DNA of 64,000 bases, from the NCBI GenBank assembly GCA_010356995.1, contig ML996709.1, forward strand, positions 76,606-140,605. Direction: 5' to 3'. Source of the DNA: Trichodelitschia bisporula. Lineage: Eukaryota. Shown here one piece after another: positions 35,763-48,023 of this stretch; within the stretch, counting starts at the first letter, position 1, and the number at the start of each line of letters is the position of its first letter. The position numbers and the translations under genes were made by a program. The notes under the pieces are model-generated. The model had not been told where the DNA came from. It searched no databases and saw only the letters and a list, made by a program, of their open reading frames with translations.

Positions 35763-35904
35763 CTGGGATTTGGGATTTGGTATCTATGCTGCGCTGAACG
35801 AGACAACGACTTTTGGACCATTCGCCTTCCTGCGCCAGCCTAACAAAAAAGACAACCGAATCGACAGTACAATGAGCAGAACGCGAGCGCCAACCTTTTT
35901 CCAG

Positions 35905-36261
35905 TCAAGCCATATCCCGCGTCGCTATCCGGTCCTCGGCCGTCAAATCCGTCGAATCTCGTCGCGATTCTGGCGCCTCTCGGTAAGACCGTTTTCTTGA
36001 GCTCGCCACGGAGCTCGTTGCACTCGGTTGCTTCACGACCACCTCATACGGCGGCGGGTCGGTGTCGTAGATGCTCTGGGTGCCGTCGTGGCTGTGGGAC
36101 GTAGCGCGATGGAATCGGCGCTGGTTCTCACGCAACTCATTCTGACGCTTCATCTCCTCGAAGTGCTCTTCGAACTCGCGCTTATTCTCGTTGCGCGCGT
36201 TGAGGCGGCGGCGCATGCGTTCAGACACAAGGGCGCCGGCGCCGAGGATCAAGGAGGCCAT
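35905..36261 (-). CDS. Small hypothetical protein (118 aa; coiled coil, PPPY motif)
   Basis: ATG in CAACAATG context after a CT-rich leader. Charged helix and DPPPYE. Confidence 0.7.
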   Translation of the reverse strand: MASLILGAGALVSERMRRRLNARNENKREFEEHFEEMKRQNELRENQRRFHRATSHSHDGTQSIYDTDPPPYEVVVKQPSATSSVASSRKRSYREAPESRRDSTDLTAEDRIATRDMA

Positions 36262-36618
36262 TGTTGCGGGGAGGGAGGAGAGTTTGAGAGGAGGGTGTGT
36301 GCGGATGGTTTTCCTGGTGTCATTGCGGGGCGTGGAGGGTGCGGGGAGGTTGTTTATAGCGGGGGAAGGGATGGAGTGTTCTGGTGAGGTGTTTGTGGTG
36401 CTGAAGTCATGTACGCGTCATCGCATGTCATCTTTCGAGTGGTCGGTCCATGTTTCGTGCGCGTGTGACTGGCTGCTGCCGTACCCCGCCGTTTCAGGGA
36501 TACCAGAGACCGCGGAACTTCAAATCATGCTTCGGTGATGATGCGCACGATGCCATTGCCCAAGTTCTCCGCATCCTGCTTCCGTTATCGGCCATCTTTT
36601 ACCTCTAAGCCATTTTAT

Positions 36619-36925
36619 GGCCTTGATAATCTGGCTTACGCCATGAACGCAGTCATCCAATCATGTTGGCGATGATCATGTTGGCGATGGTCTCGTTGCA
36701 GCCTGTTGCCCTTCGAGATGGTGGCTTCATTTGATCAATCGTTCCCTCATCTTGTATCCGAAATATGGTCTTCGAAGGTCCACTTCGCTTGCACCAGGAG
36801 TATCAAGTACAAGAGTTTGGTCCTGATAATCCGGCTTGCGCGATTACCGCAGTGGTCCAATCAAGTTGACGATTATCATCTTGCAGCCTATTGCCCTTCG
36901 AGATCGGTGACTTCGTTTAGCGATC
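36619..36925. repeat. Diverged direct duplication, ~200-bp period
   Basis: TGATAATC(T/C)GGCTT..GCAGT..TCCAATCA.GTTG.CGAT and TTGCAGCCT(G/A)TTGCCCTTCGAGAT each occur twice. Confidence 0.75.
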
Positions 36926-38446
36926 CGGCAACGGCTCCGGTAACATCTTCCCTGAATTTGGATTCCGGAACTTAGATTCGAAATATCATCCGCGTTAATT
37001 CATCTTCTTGCCAGCATCACAAGTATCAAGTACGAGAGCTAACAGCCTCGCCGTAGAGAAATGCACCTGCTACGACAATCGCCGTACAACTTCCCAGCAT
37101 CCTCCAAACCCACCGTGACTCGCAGGGCGCACCGTGAACCAAGGCGCTACGGCAAAGATCCATGCGTTCCGTCCCGCCTACCCGTCTCCCCATCCCCCCT
37201 GTTGGTCCGGGCTCAGTTCCGCCTGATCTCCAGTCAGTGGGGAGAAAAAAGGAACCTCCCAATCGCAAAGTGCTCATTTCCTGCATCATACCCCTCTTTT
37301 GTCCCCAAGCTTTCCAGCCCTGGGAAGCTTCACCCCTCCTTCGCATCCTCCTGACTTCCTCAGGTTGCTGCGAGAGATTCGTGCTTCGTGAGAAAAGGGA
37401 CCAGACCCTTGATTCCCGTCCAGGTCCCCAGCCGTAGCGTGAGAAAACGGCGACGGGTACGGATTCTTTTGGATACGGTTGGAAACGCCACGCCGGCCTG
37501 AGGCATTGCATCTCAACCGATATCACCAGCGCATGCGCAATGGCGTAGCGGCCGACTCCGCTGCCCGCTGGTGCACGGCATAGACTTCAAATTGACGTAC
37601 GTACCCGCGCTCATGACAGGCGCCCGAGGGAGCTCGCATGTCCTCCGCAGGCGCTTCCAGCGGCAATTCGCGAACTCTCGTTTGAAAAAGCTGCAAGGCG
37701 ATATTAGCGACTGACGCTGGACAGATATCCGACTGCTCGCATCTATGCTCTGCGAGCTCGGTACGCCTGCTCACGTTCCCCCGCTGCTCATTTACGCCCT
37801 GTTCCTGTTCCTTGCCGTGCTGTGTCCTGTCCGTCCGTTTGACGCCGAGCCTGTGGGCGAGGGTGCTGTGTAGCTGTAGTCGAGGGGGGATCGCGGCTGT
37901 GCGTGTTATGCACTCGGCGTGGATTACCAGCCGCAGCCTTACTTACCCCTCTTCCCCGTGTCGTCTGGAAACGAACCTTCTACATCTCCAACTTGGTTTC
38001 TCGCTCAGCGCAGTCTGTTCGTCTTGATACCACGCCCACGCTTTTCCAGCATCGCCACATCGCCCTCATTTACGCTTCGCTCAGTATCGTCTGCTTCATT
38101 CGTTTCGTCTTCGGATCACTGCCTCTGGCAAGCCGCTATCTGCTTGCCGGGAGCCTCGCCACGGCCGGCGGATCTTCCCTCGCATTGGGAACCCACCACC
38201 CGACTTTCAGAGACCAAGTATCATTGCGGGACAGCCTCGAAACACAGCTTACTCCTTGAACCGAGCACTCAGTCCCATCAGCAGAGATTGACGAAAGCTT
38301 GCTGTCTGTCCGACCATTTCGCAACATTGCCCACTTCCCATTCTCTTAGAAATTCTCGATGTCCACAGCCTACGACAAAGTCTCCCATCGAGGGACAGTA
38401 GGACGTCAGGGGACCGAATAACGGAGGATTAGCGAGCCCCAATAAC

Positions 38447-38766
38447 AAGAACTTCTTACATATTTCGACGCGGGCCATTTCGTCGCCGCGTCGTGCTCAC
38501 GGAGAACATTAAGTCGCTGCTGGTGTCGTCTCGGCAAGCAACTCCGAAAGCTCTCAATCTTGCCCACTCCCAGATTTTTTTCGGGAACCGAAGGCGCCAG
38601 ATTTCAAAATTTGAAGGCATTGCTGCTTCGACCGCCATTCGGAACGATCGGCAAGAGCTTCTTACGTATTTCGACGCCGGTCAGTTCACCGCCGCGTCGT
38701 GCTCACGGAGAACATCAAGTCTCTGCTTGTATCGACTCAGCAAGCAGCTCCAAGAGCTCTCAATCT
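38447..38766. repeat. ~113-bp direct repeat (38447-38560 and 38653-38766) upstream of the RdRP gene
   Basis: Shared TATTTCGACGC...CGCCGCGTCGTGCTCACGGAGAACAT.AAGTC...AGCTCTCAATCT. Confidence 0.85.
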
Positions 38767-39273
38767 GTCAATTTTGACCGTCATCCGATATCCGCAGCAA
38801 GTCTTTGGCTCGCCTTCAGCGTCATCACTACGGTGCTAGACTTGGACAACTGCGATGGTTGGGAAACTTCGAATCGCGCAAAAGAAAGTATTCGAGTACG
38901 AGATCGGATCGTCCTTACTCGGCATTTCAGCACTTGTCGCGTTGCTTCAGGTTCGCATCATCAGTCTCGTAAGTTGAGCGTCTGGGCTTTCGTGTGCCAC
39001 ACCGCTGACGGTTAAGCGGCCTTTGAAGCAAAAACCGGCTAACATTGGCTGACCACCATATTCGAGTGAACGCTCACGCTCATCGCTCCCATCAACGCTG
39101 GACTTGGACCAGAGTCAGACACCTGCAAGCCTCAGGAGACCACAACCGCGCTCTGTTGAGTCAGCGTAACGCTTGAAAGCGCCCTACGGTTTCAGCCTGA
39201 TCTGGAACCACAGCCGCAAACGCCAATTACCCAAACCCTTGGACGAAAAGAAGCCTCCAAAATCAATTACACC

Positions 39274-42200
39274 ATGGCGACTGCTCGTCAAGCATTGTCG
39301 GCCAGCCCAACGCGCGCGAATACTAGCACGCCTCGTGGAAAGAGCCACCACGAGATCAACGCTATGATCAACAAGCTCAACGTCGAGTACGGCCTCGGTT
39401 TACCACTGCGAAACACGGAGTGGTCACCGCGTAAAGGCCTTCAGTCCCAAGAGGAGCGCTGCGTCGAATGCATAAAATTCCTCTTCTTCTCGTCCCATTC
39501 AGAGCTGTGTCGCAAACTCCAGGATTTCCGCAACGAGGCCGTCTATTTGCCGCCAGAACAGCGCTTGCCGTGTCTGATACGCCACTTGCGCACGGTGCAC
39601 CCCGGCGGCGGGCCGGTGCGTGAGGACAACCGGCGCGCGAAGACACCTATTTCGTCCTTTGGTGAGCGCTTGTCATCGGCGGGGCTCCTGCAGTTGAATC
39701 AGTCGTGGAAAAGCCCCACCCAAAACAGGAGTCCGGCCAAGAGTAATGTGCGCCGCGAGACCGAAATTACGGACGAGGACGAGGAGTTTGCGACTCCGCC
39801 GCAGTCACCGACTTTGATGGTACGTGAGGCCGCGGCGGTGAGGAGCGCGAGGAAGAGTGCCAAGCGCGCGTCGTCGAGTGCGTCGTCGCATAAACGTAGG
39901 TCCGATGGGGGCTTCACCGAGCATTCACCGAAACAGGCACGTGGCCTGGACGGCAAATACATCCCTACAATAGTTTCGGTGGGCAACGACACATCACCAA
40001 AATACACGACAGCTCGGCAATCGGATATAAGTAGCGCCAGCAACGATGCTATCTATATATCCGCACAAGGCAGTGCGAGGCCTTCCAGCTCCGGGCTCCT
40101 CAGCTCCGTTAGCTCTGATTTCAGAGCACAACTCATCCGCCTGGCCCAGGCAGGGCCGCTCAGCACCGATCTGCTCAGCCTTGTGAGCTCCGACTTTAGG
40201 GAGCTACTCGTCAGCGCGGTACCGCCGCCGCCGCCGCCGCCATTCGATTTCAGGAGGGAGGTAACTCCGGTCGCCCCTGTGCCGGAGCAGACTCCATCCC
40301 CACAGAAGCGCACCAAGCATGTCCAGGTCCGGGACTTTCCCAGCCAGGGCCTCTGCTTCGACGACCCCCAGACGCCCCAGACGGCCTACATCTCGACGAG
40401 GGTCCGCCTCGAGCTGACCCGGTTGGCCTTGCACAACAAGGTCGCGCTGGCCAAGCTGCTCCCGGGCGCACCGGGAGACATGGACACCTACGCGAAGATG
40501 TGGCAATTCCTTGAGGGCAAGGCCGAGAGCTTCGGCCTGAAGCTGCCTCAGAAGGGGAATGCGCGAGCATATGAGCAGGCGAAACCAGGGCAGTTCGAGG
40601 GGGTTACGCTCAAGGGCAAGATGTCATTTGCCGGTGAGAAGGGCCCACTTTGCGAATTGACCGTGGATGCCATCGAGCTGGAGAAGTCATGTCGCTTCCA
40701 GCGCGCATTTGGCTGCGACCGATTCTTCTATCTGCTGGTGCCGCAGTTCGACCAGCCGCCCGAACGCCTCAAGAGTCAGCGCCAGAACCTCAAGGAGGCA
40801 TTCTTGGAATGGCTCCATGGGAGAAGGTATATCCTGGGCCGGACTTGGGAGGCGGTGCACGTCGAGGTCTACAAGAACTCGAAGGTCAGCAAGTTCGGCC
40901 CTGCAACACCAAAGATGAAGTACGGGTATCGTGTCGTTCTCTTCGCGACCAAGGGGCCGGGACTGCAGAACAAGTCCGTTGACGACCTCGTCAACTGGTT
41001 CATGCCGCTGGACCGGAACTTACACCTTCCCTTTACCAAGGCATTTGCGCGCCTCGAACTGGGCTTCTCCCGCACCACCCCGACCATAGTGTTCGACAAG
41101 CCCGCCGGTCAGGTCCGGGACGTCCCGGATATCATGGCGAGCTATGCCATTCCGGAGGCTCGGGACTTTGACGATCCGAACCTGGATTGGTCGCCAATAT
41201 ACGGTTCTCGCGACATCAAGCAGGTATCCATGAATGACGGCTGTTCCCGCATTTCTCTCGGGGCGTGCCGGCTGATTTGGGCGAAGCTCGGCATGACCGG
41301 CCCACTGCCCAGCGTGATGCAAGCTCGCATCAACGGCGCCAAGGGCGTATGGATTCGGAGTGCCCCGGCGGACTCGACTTCGCCTGATCATCTCGACATC
41401 TGGATTGAGATCAACGAGAGCCAGCGCAAGTTTAAGCCGCACCCCGAGGATGACGACCCTGACAAGTTTGATCCGAATCGGTGGACGTTCGAGACTGTCA
41501 CTTGGGAGCGTAGCGCCCTGCCGTCTAATCTGTACGTTGGCTTCCTCCCGATCTTCGAGGAGCGTGGCGTGCCACACTCTGCTATCGAGGGCCTGATGAA
41601 TGGGCTCTTGAATATCGATCGTCAGGAGCTTCTCTCCGCCATCAAGGACCCTGCCGCCCTGCGCTGCTGGTTGGGCAAGAACTTTTCGCTGATGGAAGAG
41701 AAAACCCGCGCAGGCTCCGCGCAAATGCAGTCCGGCTGGCCCTCAACCTATCTCGAGCGGCTCATCCTGCTCCTGGAGTCCGGATTCGTGCCAGGACAGA
41801 ACCTAGTTATCGGCGACCTGGTCATCAAAAACGCGGAAATTTACTTTGCTCGCGCCCTGGAGAGCCTGGGCGTGCGGCTCGCTCGCTCTACCAATGTGAT
41901 CGGTATCGCCGATCCGACGGGGACGCTCCTCCCAGGCGAGATCCACCTTGGCTTCTCAGAGCCGTGGAGCGGGGACGAAGACTACTACTCCTTCCTCAAC
42001 GGCCGGGAGGTGCTCGTCGCGCGCCACCCGACCCTTCGTAGTGCAGACATCCAGAAAGTCCGCACCGTGCATCGCCCCGAACTCGCCTATCTCACAAACG
42101 TTGTTGTCTTCCCATCTACGGGGTGCATCCCGCTCGCTTCCAAACTGCAAGGCGGCGACTACGACGGCGACAACTTCTGGATCTGCTGGGAGCCGGCACT

Positions 42201-43314
42201 GGTGAGCAACTTCAGGAATGCGCCCGTGCAGCTCAACACGCCGCCACCAGAAGATTTCGGCATCCGCGTCGACCGGCGCACCCTGGCTGATGTGCTCCGC
42301 GGCCCCCGTGGAGTGAGAAATTTTCTATCCGAGTCTTTCGCCTTCCGCTCCCAGGAGGACCTACTGGGCATCGAGACAACTAAGCACGAGCAAATGGCCT
42401 ACGCCGAGAACAGCATCCGCACTCCCGCCGTCGTGCTCCTCGCCGACTTGCACGACTACCTCATCGACTCGGCGAAGAACGGATACACCATGGACTTCGC
42501 CACGTACAAGGTTTTTGTGGACCGGCTGCCCCGCACAACCAACCGACCGGTCATCGTCCCCGCCTACAAATCCGTCATGAAAGCCCCCCTCCAGCGCACA
42601 GCAAGCTCCTTCGAAAACTCCTTCGACACCTCCTTCGGCTGCGGGGCGTCGTCTACCCCTCGCGCGAGACGCCCCAAACCTCGCCACGACCATATCGTCG
42701 ACAGAGTGTTTTTCGAGTGTCTCCAGCCGCACATCGACGAGACTTTCGTGCTGCTGAAGCGGGCGCTGGTCGAGGGGGTAGAGACCTTTGACGTCGATCT
42801 GCCGGGCCCGTTCCTAGTTGAGAAAGCCGCCGCTACAGCCGCGGGCGACGTGGATGTCCTGGCCGAGCTCGCGCACCTTGATACGGCGCTACGGGAAGTG
42901 CAGACTATTTGGGCTCGACGCTGGACGACTTCACGGAAGAAGGACATGGCGCTGTACGACGTTATTCTCGGGGAGTGCGTGGCGGCATATCGCGCTATCG
43001 TGCCGCGCGGTGATGGACAGTTGGCGCAGCGGCTAGGGATGCGCCGGCTGGCGACGCGGTACATGCCCGGCGCGTACACGGATTGGGAGCTCATTCGCGC
43101 GGCGCGGTTTTTTGCCCAGTTTTTTACGAAGGAGAAGCTGGTATGGCCGCTTGTAGGGCGGGAGTTGTGCTTTATTAAGGCGCATGCGGTGGGTGGGGCG
43201 AGGGTTGTGGTGGAGCCAGTGTGGACTATGTATCGGACGCGGCGGATGAAGATGCCGGTTGAGGAGGTGGCGAGTGAGGAGGAGGATGATTATTTTTCGA
43301 CGGTGGAGGAGTAG
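39274..43314 (+). CDS. qde-1: Cellular RNA-dependent RNA polymerase, QDE-1-like (quelling)
   Basis: 1346-aa intronless ORF. NDGCSRIS, QARINGAKGVW, GIADPTGTL..GEIH, VLVARHP, catalytic KLQGGDYDGD (the DYDGD variant typical of QDE-1). Confidence 0.92.
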   Translation: MATARQALSASPTRANTSTPRGKSHHEINAMINKLNVEYGLGLPLRNTEWSPRKGLQSQEERCVECIKFLFFSSHSELCRKLQDFRNEAVYLPPEQRLPCLIRHLRTVHPGGGPVREDNRRAKTPISSFGERLSSAGLLQLNQSWKSPTQNRSPAKSNVRRETEITDEDEEFATPPQSPTLMVREAAAVRSARKSAKRASSSASSHKRRSDGGFTEHSPKQARGLDGKYIPTIVSVGNDTSPKYTTARQSDISSASNDAIYISAQGSARPSSSGLLSSVSSDFRAQLIRLAQAGPLSTDLLSLVSSDFRELLVSAVPPPPPPPFDFRREVTPVAPVPEQTPSPQKRTKHVQVRDFPSQGLCFDDPQTPQTAYISTRVRLELTRLALHNKVALAKLLPGAPGDMDTYAKMWQFLEGKAESFGLKLPQKGNARAYEQAKPGQFEGVTLKGKMSFAGEKGPLCELTVDAIELEKSCRFQRAFGCDRFFYLLVPQFDQPPERLKSQRQNLKEAFLEWLHGRRYILGRTWEAVHVEVYKNSKVSKFGPATPKMKYGYRVVLFATKGPGLQNKSVDDLVNWFMPLDRNLHLPFTKAFARLELGFSRTTPTIVFDKPAGQVRDVPDIMASYAIPEARDFDDPNLDWSPIYGSRDIKQVSMNDGCSRISLGACRLIWAKLGMTGPLPSVMQARINGAKGVWIRSAPADSTSPDHLDIWIEINESQRKFKPHPEDDDPDKFDPNRWTFETVTWERSALPSNLYVGFLPIFEERGVPHSAIEGLMNGLLNIDRQELLSAIKDPAALRCWLGKNFSLMEEKTRAGSAQMQSGWPSTYLERLILLLESGFVPGQNLVIGDLVIKNAEIYFARALESLGVRLARSTNVIGIADPTGTLLPGEIHLGFSEPWSGDEDYYSFLNGREVLVARHPTLRSADIQKVRTVHRPELAYLTNVVVFPSTGCIPLASKLQGGDYDGDNFWICWEPALVSNFRNAPVQLNTPPPEDFGIRVDRRTLADVLRGPRGVRNFLSESFAFRSQEDLLGIETTKHEQMAYAENSIRTPAVVLLADLHDYLIDSAKNGYTMDFATYKVFVDRLPRTTNRPVIVPAYKSVMKAPLQRTASSFENSFDTSFGCGASSTPRARRPKPRHDHIVDRVFFECLQPHIDETFVLLKRALVEGVETFDVDLPGPFLVEKAAATAAGDVDVLAELAHLDTALREVQTIWARRWTTSRKKDMALYDVILGECVAAYRAIVPRGDGQLAQRLGMRRLATRYMPGAYTDWELIRAARFFAQFFTKEKLVWPLVGRELCFIKAHAVGGARVVVEPVWTMYRTRRMKMPVEEVASEEEDDYFSTVEE

Positions 43315-44432
43315 GTGGGGTAGGATCTGGGCGGCGGATTGGGGAGGGGGGGGGCGGGGTCTTTGATGAAGGGTTTTATGTGATGGTTTGAGGATCTGAT
43401 GATACCGGGCTGTGATGGATACCTTCAGTTCTGCGGATGTAGGCCGTTGGGCCTCGCTTTAACTTGTGCTGCATGGGTTGAGCAATGGAGTCGGGCGTTA
43501 GGTGTAATGGTCATGATACACGTTCACGGAGAGATGGATCTGTTATCAAGTCTACCGTATGATGCAGGAGTTCTCGAATTCTTTGTGATCTGTAAGGGCT
43601 ACTAATTCTTTGCATTGCCATTTTCATTAGGCGGGAGCACTTCATGTCGGGGGACATTTATCGGCGATCAGCTTGATGGATGAGGTACAATGGATGTTGT
43701 TGACAGCATGTGAAGTCGAGGAGCGTGTGAGACCTTGTGACATCATCTTGACTGCGAGCCAAAGCTCGGGTTCAGACCACCTGGCCCCATTTACTCTCGC
43801 AGCGAACGACAAAATCACCACCCTCATGGTACATTGCACTTTAGCAGAGTCTCTACCAGTCCGATGTATTGCAGTTATTGTGCAACCTTGATGTCCAAGT
43901 GTCCATCATCCTCATCACAGGGAAGACGAGTTGTCTGCCCTCCGCCGTCAGCTGCCTGCATCGTCCAACAACGATCGGGATGTCGTAAATACGGATGTAG
44001 CGGCGTACGGTACTAAGGAGCTAGGCTTCAGTACCTCATCCCATCCCATCATCAACTCACCCCTCCATCAGCCATGCGTTAACACCCTACCAACAGGAAC
44101 AGCACTCACGGCCCTGGCCGCCCATGCGTCGATCACATCCCCGTTAGAACTAGTGGTCGAGGTCATTGTCCCAGTCCACCACGTGTCCGAACCAACATCC
44201 AACACCACCCAAGGCGGCAAGCGAATCCTATAGGCGCCTTCGAGGCGGCGAGGTTTGAATTCCTTCAGACAGAAGCAAGCGCCTAACAGCAGCGCTGTTT
44301 TGGAAGTCAAGTATCACGGCTTGTTCTGTGTCTATCATTATTTTGGTTGTTATTACCCTATCTGCTAGCTGAGTTCATCGTCGCTAGGTGAATCGTCAAT
44401 CACGAATTTCGAGCGCGTTTTCCGCCGACGCG

Positions 44433-44612
44433 CGGCCTGCCGCTCGCTTTCTGACTGGTACGCTGGCTGCCGTTCACTTTCCGGCTGAGGCGCTGGCTAC
44501 CGTTCGCTTTCTGGCCGTTCGCTTTCCGATTGACGGGCTGCATGTCGTTCACATTCCGGCTGAGGCGCTACCTGCCGTTCGCTTCTGGCTGACGTGCCGC
44601 TTGTCGTTCGCT
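44433..44612. repeat. Degenerate ~30-bp minisatellite
   Basis: Repeated GCCGTTC(A/G)CTTTC(C/T)GGCTGAGGCGCT units. Confidence 0.75.
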
Positions 44613-45430
44613 TTCGAAGGCCCAAGTCACGCTCCCTGACGCATCTCGCACTACCCGGATAGGCTCATTCCAAAACGGATCGTCTTCCCAGGGCTCCGGA
44701 CCCCGGTTGTTGGTGAGCCAGCGGTACTGCTCGTAGGTGAGAAGATGCGAATTCGGAGGTGGTATAGCTTCCGCCGACATTTGCCCATTGGGGGTGCGCG
44801 TGCCCACGCCGTGGATGAGAATCATGTCAATGCATCGGATGATGAGTTCTTTGTCGGTCTTCCATCTGAGCAAATTGTACACCATTGCCTTCTTCCGAGA
44901 GTTCATGGCACTGAATAGGTAGTCGTGACTGTTGGTCACGAGGCCCGAGACTGTTCCCCAACCTCCGGGTGTGCTTTCAATCGTCGCCGCCATACACACT
45001 AGAAGATTGCATAAGGTAGCCGAGAAGGAGCGTGAATACGTCTTTTCTCTATAGAGAATCAGTCGTGACAAATGAATGAAGTCGAAAGGTACGTCGGCAT
45101 TGCTAAAAATTAGTGTGGAGTTTTCTTCGCCAAAGTACTGACGGGAACATAGACTTAAACTTACACGGCCAAGAATATGTGCTTCGAACCTCGCTGCGAA
45201 ATATAGAAGGATGGGAACCCTAGAACCGACGCATTCAGGCGCGCGTTGATGGCCGTGAGGACCATTTTCCGGTGCATATTCACGTGGACGCCATCGTTGC
45301 GCTCCTTCCACTTTTCCACTCGGCTTTTGATGAGGAGATTCGCCGGTGTGGGAGAGGGTATAGGGGAATTCGAAGTTGAGGGAGGCGGCGCAGCGGGATT
45401 AGTGTCCTTTATCATCCCGTTGCGGTGCAT
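44568..45430 (-). CDS. Hypothetical intron-containing or degenerate gene; C-terminus resembles fungal Crinkler-like REase-fold proteins
   Basis: NLLVCMAATIES...TVSGLVTNSHDYLFSAMNSRKK...LLRWKTDKELIIRCIDMIL. GTAAGT donor near 45163. Exon structure and start unresolved. Confidence 0.4.
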
Positions 45431-46863
45431 GATGCATATGGCGAGATCTGGAGGGTGTCAGTTCGATGACCCGACGACAAATGCGGTTGCGACCTCCCGG
45501 TACGATAGTCCAACTCCCTATTGCCCTGCCAGTTAGCCGGTACCTGCGATACCAATTGTGCATCTGAAATCTCGAGGAGCACATCGAAGGCGATGCAAAC
45601 GTCGGACGGGGAGGTGAAGGACGCCGCAGCAAGCCATTGCTGGCGTGGAGGGGCAGATTGAGGCGGAGATGGACATTTGGTGGTGACGATGCTGAGGTTG
45701 GACTGGGGATCCCAAATAGTATCTCCCTCCAAGGTTCGTGACATCTTTTATCTGCTGCTGGCTACTGTCCATCCCTGGGTGTTAGCTGTCTCCACGGTAT
45801 TTAGAGATAGACGAACAAGAAGATGGTTATGGTGCTGCTAAGTACGTAGTGTTGCGAGTCCGTGTCTTGCTCCTTTTCCAAAGCACCACTTCCAGTCCAT
45901 CCTGGGCCATTCTACCAGACCACAGGAAGCACCTTCGTAGCAACGCGGCCAGTCCTTCCCGATCCAGTCCATCCTCTAAGCAAATACGCTTCATCCCTTC
46001 CAACCATCTGCTTTGAGTACATCTGATATAGACATGAGAGGAGCATTGATATGTCAGGAAGGCGCATACTAAAGGTCATGATGTAATGAGCGCATGATAG
46101 GAGGAAGGAGCAAAGGAGGATACTTGGCATCGTGTATATAAGTCTCGGCAGTCTCTTCCTCTCTTCCTCTCTTCGTCTTCTACTTCAATCTTCAGTTTAC
46201 ACAGTTGCCGTTGCACGTGTAAAAGCTTTGCTCCCATCAACATCCACCTGCCAATATCCCGTCCCGGCGCTTATTCCGCCCAAGCGCCTACCAATGATGC
46301 TGAGCCCCCCGCCAACCGCGCGGCCCGCGGAACCCCTCACGCCCCTCCCTGCCGGTCAACGCGGTGATCCCGCTCGGAGCGCTGTGCAGCACAAGCGCCA
46401 GCGTGCGCAGCTAACCGTGCCGCATAAGCCGGGGAGCCTTGCGCCGCTCCTCGTGTCCCCCCGCCTGCGTCTTTCCAAGGTCTGGTCCTGAGTTCAGCTC
46501 AGCCCCGGCCAGCAGCAAGCAGGCATGGCCCGCCGGTGTGCCTAGCGCCCAGCTAGATACCGGTGTGAGCTGCTCCAACTCCCACTTCCTGTCCAAATCG
46601 CCAATCCGTTGCGTTGACGCTTTTGCGAGAACTAGAAGGGTGGTTTCTGAACGCATGCCGAGCCCGTTGCGAGAAAGCTTGTCCCGCGCTTCCCGTGCCG
46701 ACTTGAACTAGTCTGCTGTGGTACCCTTACCACCGCCGCAGGCCAGGCGCGCTGCTTACTGTTCGCCCACGCTCTCTCAGCAACCTCACCAGCGCAACCA
46801 ACATCCGCCGTCACACCACCTCCCTCTCGCGAGAACTCGAGCTCCCACGTAAATAGCCATTAT

Positions 46864-48023
46864 ATGCCGGCGCGCGCCACACACAGCACCCGCGCGCCCG
46901 CGACCCGGCCTCTCCACGCGCCAAAGATCAGGGCACGGCACCCGCTCTCCCGCCCTAATCGGCCATGGGGTCGCCGCGAGATGGATATCGTACCCTGGAC
47001 GACTTGAACGCGGAGCGGGAGGCGATTGCAGTGCGGACACCCACTCTCCTACAATAACAACGCTGATATGCGCAGTGGTACTGGCGCTTCATCGCGCAAA
47101 TAGCATCGTGGATGATTCTCGGCGGGCACGCCACCCCCCCCCCCCCCAAAGCCCCAACCCCGCTAACAAAGCGCAGCTTCCTCCTCCTCCCCAGCACCTA
47201 CGACCGCGAACCTCAGCTCCGATTCTCCACCGCCGTCAACGTCATCATAATCACCGCCCTCCTCACCGGTGGCCTCTCCCTCACCGCGCTCCTAACCTTC
47301 GCCTGCCCCTCCGTCCTCTTCCGCCGCGACGCCATCTTCCTCCCCACCGCCAGCAGCTCCATATTCGCCTTCCTCGCCGCACTCTACGGCCTCGCGTCCT
47401 CCGACCGCTACGCCCCCTCCGCGACTTCCTTCCCCATAACACTGGGCCTAACCGCCGCCACAGCGGGGCTCTTCGGCACCCTCGCCGCGCTCGCGAATCG
47501 CTCCGCCCGCAAGGCGCGCCCGACCAGCGAAATGCGCGGCGTGTACCTCCCCACGCCGAGCCCGATGCCCTCACCCTCGGCCTGGGACCCGGGGTACTAC
47601 GCGGCCGCGCAGTACGGCGCGCATATACACCCCGCGGCGCAACCTCCCGGCGTGAGCACGGCGTACGACCCCGCGACCGCTCCCGTCTGGAGCGAAGATG
47701 ACGCCGTGAATCACCAGATGGCGACGCTGTTGCGCGGGGACCATGCGACGGATCGGACGGCGAGCCGATCTACGTTCCGGCTTGAGTGGCCCGTGGGGGA
47801 GGGGGATGATGATGTTGATCCATTGACGGGACGGGTGCGGGCGCGGACGTTCAGTGCGACGAGTGCGGGTCGTTGGCTTGTGCCTGGGAGTGCGGGGGGG
47901 CAGAGACCTGGGTGGATGCGGTTTGGGAGGGGGAGGACGGGGGAGAGGGATGAGCAGGGGTCGGAGAGGAGGGGGAAGAGCCGGGAGGAGAGGAGGAGGG
48001 AGATTGAGATGGGGCAGTTGTAG
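46864..48023 (+). CDS. Hypothetical multi-pass membrane protein (probable introns 46990-47074 and a GC-AG intron ~47126-47176)
   Basis: WYWRFIAQIASWMILGG followed by three more hydrophobic segments. Tail STFRLEWP...KSREERRREIEMG. Start tentative. Confidence 0.7.

Noticed and set aside
43675..44046. Inverted match GATGGATGAGGTAC / GTACCTCATCCCATC
   Set aside because: Only ~14 bp with an indel and no convincing extension.
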